Source of the DNA: the human T2T-CHM13v2.0 reference genome, Homo sapiens
Direction: 5' to 3' (one strand)
DNA: 64,000 bases
NCBI RefSeq assembly: GCF_009914755.1
Contig: NC_060938.1
Part shown: positions 56,978 to 64,000 of the stretch, one piece after another
Layout of the letters: the number at the start of each line of letters is the position of its first letter
How positions within the stretch are numbered: position 1 is the stretch's first letter
Program-made: the position numbers and the translations under genes
The notes under the pieces: generated by a model
Told to the model about the DNA's origin: nothing
The model's input: only the letters and a program-made list of their open reading frames with translations
Databases searched by the model: none

Positions 56978-57366
56978 TACCTTAGTCTACTAGAGCGGCC
57001 ATAACAAAATGCCTAACTATGGGTGGTTTAAATAACAGAAATTTATTTCTCACAGTTTTAGAGGCTTGAAAGTACAAGATCAAGTTGCCAGCAAGGTAGC
57101 TTTCACTGAGGCCTCTTCTCTTGGCTTGTAGGCAGCTACCATCATGCCACATGACCTCTTCTTTGTGTGCATGTGAATTGCGGGAGACACCTGGGATCTG
57201 TTTCTCTTCTTAAAACGACACCAATTCTATGGGATGAAGGCTTTGCCCTTATGACCTCACTTAATCTTAATTACTTCTTTAAATACCTCTCTCCAAACAT
57301 AGTCAAATTCGGAATTAGGGCTTCAAAATATGAATTGGAAGATGTGGCATAATTCAGCCTATAACA
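56978..57366 (-). mobile_element. MLT1A-like MaLR LTR
   Basis: gccataacaaaatgcc...aacagaaatttatttctcacagttttagaggc...ataattcagcctataaca. Confidence 0.85.
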
Positions 57367-57691
57367 ATATCTGAACTTTGACTAATGGAAAAAATCTAAA
57401 TAAGTCAAAAGAAGAAAAGAAGTATCATCAATAAGGATTAAGAACCATGAAAAGAGTCACATAGGGTAATTATATATTTCCTGAAACCAGATAAATGGCC
57501 AGATCTAAAGTATAGAGATGAAAATAAATACTGTAAAATGTTTTCTGAAAGAGTACTGAATATTAAATTGTCTTAAAAATCCAGAAAAAAATATTTCAGA
57601 ATCTCTCTTCTCTTCCTTTCACACACATATACACATGCACTATCTTCCTTCACCTCTTTATGTGTTACTAATTACAAAACTGTGGGCCTTA

Positions 57692-58069
<378 letters not shown>

Positions 58070-58467
58070 CTAAATAAATATTTCAATGTCAGTACTAAAT
58101 ATTCAATAGTTATTAAATGTAGTTGAAAATGGTAATAAGTAGAACTCTGGCTTCTACACAGGCTACTTTAACATGTCATCTCATTATTTGCTGCTATATT
58201 AGAAAAGTAGTTCCTATAGAATACTGTTGTACATAGGAATCTTAGGACTTAAAGAACGCCTTGAAAAATTAGATTATTTAGATTTTATCAGATATTAACA
58301 TCGACACCTAATCAATGTATCTATATTCCTTCTATTATCCATTTGAGGATAAACACTAAAGCTTTGAATTTTATTTCTGAAAAAAAGGAAACATGATCAT
58401 GATTTAGACAAATATTAAGAACTTAAAATTTCCTATTAATTTATCAACAATGAGTTTCATGTAATTT

Positions 58468-59369
58468 ATATACGTCTACTACAGCTGCTATAACAAAATG
58501 GCACAGACTGGGTGAATTAAACAACAGATTTTTAAAAAACAGTTATGGAGACTAGAAGCTTGACATCAAGGTGCTATCAGAGTCAGTTTCTGGTCTCTCT
58601 TCCTAGCTTAGAGACAGCCACCTTTTTGTTGTGTCTTTGTGGCAGGCCAGGTCTCCATTAGGAACCAGAGCTCTCGGTCTTTACCAACACTTGCTGTAAT
58701 TCTGATTAATGTATAAGTTTAACATTAAAGAACTGGAGAAACTAGTGCCTTAGTGCAAAGGGCTGGAAAGTAAAACAAGTCCATTATGACCTCACCTGGG
58801 CTTTCTTAGATCCTAAGGTTTTTAAAATAATGAAGACATTCTTGCACATGTTGTACCAGGATTCACTTTAGATGATATTTTAAGTAATTTTTCCAAGCCT
58901 CTGAAGTAATTGTCTAAACCCGGGACCCTAGTCAAAGAATAGAGTAAAACACTTTGGCTTTCAGCTTGTAGGTGTACTGAGTATATATAAGCACTGGAAA
59001 AAATTTGTAACTTTTAGTTCGTCTGGTGAGTTACTACAAACTTTTCCCTGCAACCAGTTACAGAAATAAACTCCCTTCTTTCCCAGTCTGTCTGCATCTC
59101 GTTATTGAACTGAGAGAACAAGCAGCTGGACCACTGTTTGGTCTGTGAACATCTTCACATGTTCTTTCCTCTGTGTGTGTGTGAAGAGATATCTCTGGTG
59201 TCTCTGCCTCTTTGTATAAAGATCTCAATACTATCAAATTATAGCCCTGCCCTTATTACCGCATTTGGCCATAGTTACCTTTCTAAAGACTCTATCACCA
59301 AATACATTTACATTGGGGGTTACGGCTTCAACAAATAAATTTTTGAGGGGCACAATTCAATCCATAACA
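58468..59369 (-). mobile_element. MLT1A-like LTR split by an ERVL LTR (58468-58637, 59152-59369)
   Basis: gctgctataacaaaatggcacagactgggtg...gtgtctt | tcttcacatgttctttcctctgtg...ggggcacaattcaatccataaca. Confidence 0.85.
58638..59151 (+). mobile_element. LTR47-like ERVL solo LTR
   Basis: TG...CA ends (tgtggcaggccaggtctc...gtctgtgaaca), TATA-like tatatataag, aataaa, flanking tctt duplication. Confidence 0.8.
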
Positions 59370-59394
59370 ATCTATACTTAGTTTCAAAGACAGA

Positions 59395-62300
59395 AAGGTA
59401 AGGTCAGTAAGATAATAGAATTATAGCTTTTTAATGTCATCTTCCTCCCCACAAAAATCATCCATTTTGACAACTACCCTTGGATAAGAGTACCTATGAA
59501 GTAGTCTAGGAGTTCAGCAGAGAAGTTCTAGGAGATCATGCAAGCAAACAATCCAAAAACAGATGAATTGAAGGAGTAATAAGAATAGTTTTCCTTTACC
59601 CATGTCACAGTTTTACCAAGGTACAGCTCAATGCAAAGAGAGAAACACTTGACTATCAATTTATCCCATGAGGGAAAAAGAGTATAGTGAGGAAGTGTCC
59701 AGCTCCCTCAGCCATGCAGATGGTACACAAGCAGGCAAGAGAGATGCTGTCCCTTTCTTTCTTGCCTCAACCAGAAAACTGTGGTGATCAGCACAGCTGA
59801 GTGATTTGGAGAGGGTGGAGATAGGGATGAGAGGCTGTGTGCCCTACTGCTTGCTCTGCAAACTCTATCAGGAAGGCTGCCTATGACATACTTAGTTTGC
59901 CTCATCTATAGAACCCCTTGAAACTGGCCTATGGGAACCACAAATGCTCCACATGCCTCACCTCCATTCCGCTCCTATGCCGGCCCTCTGAGCTTACCCC
60001 TGGATACAGTGAGTGCAAGCATCTCATGCAAACAACCAGCTAAACTCTGCAGGGTTGGGAGAAGGTGTACAAATGAGACTTTCAGAACACAACCGTAGGG
60101 AAAATAAACAAGAGGATCTCAGCACCTGGCTTATTTTGCAGGACACAGAGAAAGCCTATAGTCTTAAGAATCTCTCACCTGAATGAAAACAAGAGCTGTG
60201 GAGAAGGGATATTCATTAAGAAAAAGTCTGAGAGAACCTCAGAATTCCTAGTCAATTTAATTGATAAGGCTGTTTATCTCCTAAAACTAGGCAATAAAGA
60301 CTGGAGGAGAAGACTGCATGTTAAATGTAAAATCAGAAAGGCAAAACTTCAAGAAATGAAAAAAAAAAATCAGGAAAACATGATACCACCAAAGAAATAC
60401 AATGATATTCCACTAACCAACCTTAAATAAAGGCAGATACATGAATTGACAAAGAATTTAAAATAATTGTTTTAAGTAAGCTCAGTGAACTATGAGAGAA
60501 CATAGACAACTCACTGAAATTTTTAAAAAATGAACAAAACAACTAGTTTAATAAAAAGATAAAATCATGTTAAAAATAAATTATGGAGATGAAAAATACA
60601 ATGAATGAAATAAAAATGTAATAGAGAGCATAAACAACAAACTTGATCAATCTGAATAGAGAATCTGTGAACTTCAAGATAGGTCATTGGAAACTATCCA
60701 GTTGAGGATAAAATTTTAAAAGAGGAATTAAAAGGAATGAGCAAAGGCTGTGGGATTTATAGAACACTGTCAAAAGAGGTACATTCATATTATGAGAGTA
60801 ACAGAAAGAGAAAAAGGGCAGAAAGATTATTTAAATAAGTAATGGCTGTAAACTTTCCAGATTTGGGGAGAAATACGGACTTCAGGTACATGAAGCTCAA
60901 AAGTTGCCAAACAAGTTAAACCCAAAAAATACTTCACTAAGACAAATTAAAATCAAAGTGTCCAAAATAAAAGACAAGGAATGAAGTTTGAAAGTAGCAT
61001 GAGAAAAGAGGCTTCAAACACCAGTAATTAAGACTATCAGCAGAATTCTCAGCAGAAACATTGTAGGCCAGGAGAAAATGGGATGATACATTCAAATTTC
61101 TGAAAGAAAAAACACTGCCAACTGAGAATATTTTATTTGGCAAGGGTATCCTCCACAAATGAAGGGGAGATAAAACTTTTCTATAAAAACAAAAGTTGAG
61201 AATGTTCATCACCATTAGACCTGCTATGCCAATAACTGCTGAAAAAAAGAGGTCTCTGAGCTGAAATAAAATGATGCTAACGAGAAGCATGACAAAAAAT
61301 GAAACTATAAAACTCACTGGTAAAGTTAACAGAGAATTCAGAATATTCTAATTCTGTAGTAGGGATAGTAAGTCAATTATAACTTGGTGTAAAGATTAAA
61401 AAAACAAAAATAGTTAAAAATTAATACAACTGTAATAATTTATTAACTGGGATGCTATGTACAAAAATGTAAATTATGACATCAAACAAATGTGGGAGGG
61501 GAAAAATGTAGTTTTTTATGCAATAAAAGTAATGTTGTTATCAGGTTAAAATAGACCGCTATAAATGTAAGATGTTTTATGTAAGCCTCATTGTTACCAA
61601 AACCTATAGCAGTTACACAAAAATAAAGAGAAAGGAAACAAAGGATACCACTACAAAATATTTTCCAATTATAAAGAAAAAAAGAGAAGAACAAATCTAC
61701 AAAAAAGCCAAAACACACCTAAAAAATAGCAATAGTAGGTCCTTGCCTGTCCACAATTACTTTAAATGTAATTAGATTACTTTCTACAATCAAAGATATA
61801 AAACATGCAAAGCCTATTTGCTGAGCCACTTTAGCCTACTGCATCTTGAGATGCAATTTCGGTTACTTGTTCAAGTCCAATTAAACAAAAAAAATACTCA
61901 CACAACAAATTACATGATGCAGATTTATTACTAATAGATAGAAAGGAAAGGGGCTGTAGAAGCCTAGGATTCATGGTGAACTAGTCCCCCCTGCTTAGGA
62001 AAGCTGCCCAGGATAAATGAAATTTCACCTGCACATGCCCCATCTATACTGCAACTGAGAGACCTGAAAAGTGGCCTACTCTAGGATTTATACCCCAGAG
62101 AAATTTGATATGCTGAGTGAAATTGTTGTAGGACATCCTTTACTATGAGGAAAAGGAACAAAACCCAACCTCTTCTGGCCAGTTCTTCCTTATCCCAGGA
62201 TATTGTATTCTCAGCATATTCTGCAGTTTTTGAGAACTTAAAGCAAGAAAAGGGGAGGGAAGAACTGGATTGGTGCAGGGCTACCAGGAGAACTGAACTG

Positions 62301-64000
62301 CAGAGTCCTGAATGGATAAATAAAACAAAAACTTACAATATGGTACCTACAAGAGAAATACTTAGAACTTAGGGAAATACATAAACTAATACTGAAGGGA
62401 TGGAAAAAGACATTCTATGCAAATAAAAACCAAAGAGAGTAGGGATACCTATACTTATACCAGACAGAAGAGACTTTAAGTCTAAAATTGTAAAAAGAGA
62501 CAAAGAAGATCATTACATAATGATAAAGAAGTCAATTCATCATGAGGCTATAACAATTGTAAATGTATATGCACCTGATATCAGAGTATCTTAATATACG
62601 ATGCAAATATTAACTGATCAGAAGGCAGCAATAGACAAGAATACCATAACAGTAGAGGATTTCAATTCCTCATTTTCAGCCATGCACAGATTATTGAGAC
62701 AGAAAATTAATAAGGAAACAGTGGACTTGAGCTACACTTTAGACCAAATGGATTTAACAGATATATACACAACATTCTATACAACAGCAGTAGAATACAG
62801 ATTATTCTTAATTATACATGGAACATTATCCAAGATAGATAACACAAAATCTTAAATTTAGGACAAATGAAAGTATATCAAGCCTCTTTACTGATTACAA
62901 TGTTAGTAAGACAGAAAATGTGCAGTTTTCTGGAAACCAATAACAGGTGGAAATGGAAAATTCACATTTGTGAAAATTAAAAGCATACTACTAAATAACA
63001 AATGGACCAATAAATAAAGTAAAACAAAATTTAAAAATATCTTGTGACAAAGGAAAATGAAAACAAAACATTCCATAACTTATGGGATGCAGCATAATCC
63101 ACAATAATAAGGAAAATTATGGTGATAATACCTATGTGAAGAAAGAATAAAGATCTCAAAGACACAAACTAACTTTATGTTTCAAAACACTAAAAAAACC
63201 AAACTAAGTAAAAAGGAAGAAAACCACAAAGATCAGATCGGAAATAAATGCGGAAGAGACCAGAAAAAAAATGAGATAAATGCAACAAAGAGTTCTGTTT
63301 TCATAATAAATAAATAAAATTGACAAACTTTTACCCAGACTAAGAAAACAAGAGAGAGCATTCAAATAAATAAAATTAGAAATAAGAGAGGGGACATTAC
63401 AACTGATACCACAGAAATACAAAGGATCATAAAACACTACTCTGAATAATTATAGTCCAACAAATTGAAAAACCTAGAAGAAAGGAACAAATTCCTAGAA
63501 ATATACAACCTACCAAGACTGAAAAATGAAGAAATAGACAATCTGAACAGACCAATAACAAATAAGGCGATTGAATCTGTAAACAAATTCTCCCATTAAA
63601 GCCCAAGACCTGATGGCTTCATCTATGAATTTTACCAAATATTTAAGGAATAATTAATGCCAACACTTCTCAAACTTTTTGAAAAATTGAAGAGGAGAGA
63701 ATACTCTCCAAACTCATTTTAGGAAACCAGCATTATCCTGATTTAAAAAAAAAGAAAAAGAAAAAAGAGAAAAAGGATAAGAATATCACAAGAAAAGAGA
63801 ATTACAGGTCAGTATCCCTGAACATATATGCAAAAATCCTCAATGAAATACTAGCAAACCAAATTCAATAGTACATAAAAAGAATTATTCACCATGATCA
63901 AGTAGAATTTATCCCTGTGGTACAAGGATGATTCAACTCACCCTTACCACATCTTTTCAACATAGTGTCAGAAGTCATAGTAAGAGAAAGAGATTAAAGG
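59395..64000 (+). mobile_element. Old near-full-length L1M (5'UTR, ORF1 ~60350-61270, ORF2 from ~61720), runs off the window end
   Basis: ORF1-like caggaaaacatgataccaccaaag and gaattctcagcagaaacattgtaggccaggag; endonuclease remnant ORF 62601-62855 (TITVEDFNSS...DLTDIY); cctgatggcttc. Confidence 0.85.
61806..62302 (-). mobile_element. ERVL solo LTR (MER54/MER74-like) inserted in the L1 endonuclease region
   Basis: ggccagttcttccttatcccaggatattgtattctcagcatattctgcag...ggagaactgaactgca; L1 ORF2 is collinear on both sides (caaagatataaa | ctgaatggataaa). Confidence 0.7.

Overview
Primate (human-like) AT-rich, CpG-poor genomic DNA from an intergenic region or a very large intron. I cannot identify the locus. 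There is no recognisable protein-coding gene, RNA gene, CpG island or CRISPR array, and well over half of the window is transposable-element debris. The elements are Alu/FLAM, primate L1PA and older L1MA/L1M/L1ME LINE-1 copies, L2, MIR, MaLR elements (MLT1, THE1, MST), ERV1/ERVL solo LTRs, MADE1 and MER96-like DNA elements, and microsatellites. Every ORF with recognisable homology is a broken LINE-1 ORF1/ORF2 piece, apart from one degenerate Gag-like frame; the rest are Alu, microsatellite or chance ORFs. The most notable structures are: (i) a 188-bp, ~93% identical inverted duplication of non-Alu/L1 sequence at 16.5-17.3 kb; (ii) a degenerate Ty3/Gypsy relic at ~36 kb with a tRNA-Lys primer-binding site and PNMA/MOAP1-like capsid motifs; (iii) three twin-primed (5'-inverted) L1PA insertions, two fused head-to-head without TSDs; (iv) a THE1 element whose 5' half is replaced by a tail-less L1 fragment; (v) a three-LTR MST/THE1 chimera; (vi) long GAA/GAG and GA-rich polypurine tracts; (vii) a few unverified exon-like segments in unique DNA. 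I find no convincing evidence of a new biological system. Subfamily names come from recalled consensus similarity, and the boundaries of old repeats are approximate.
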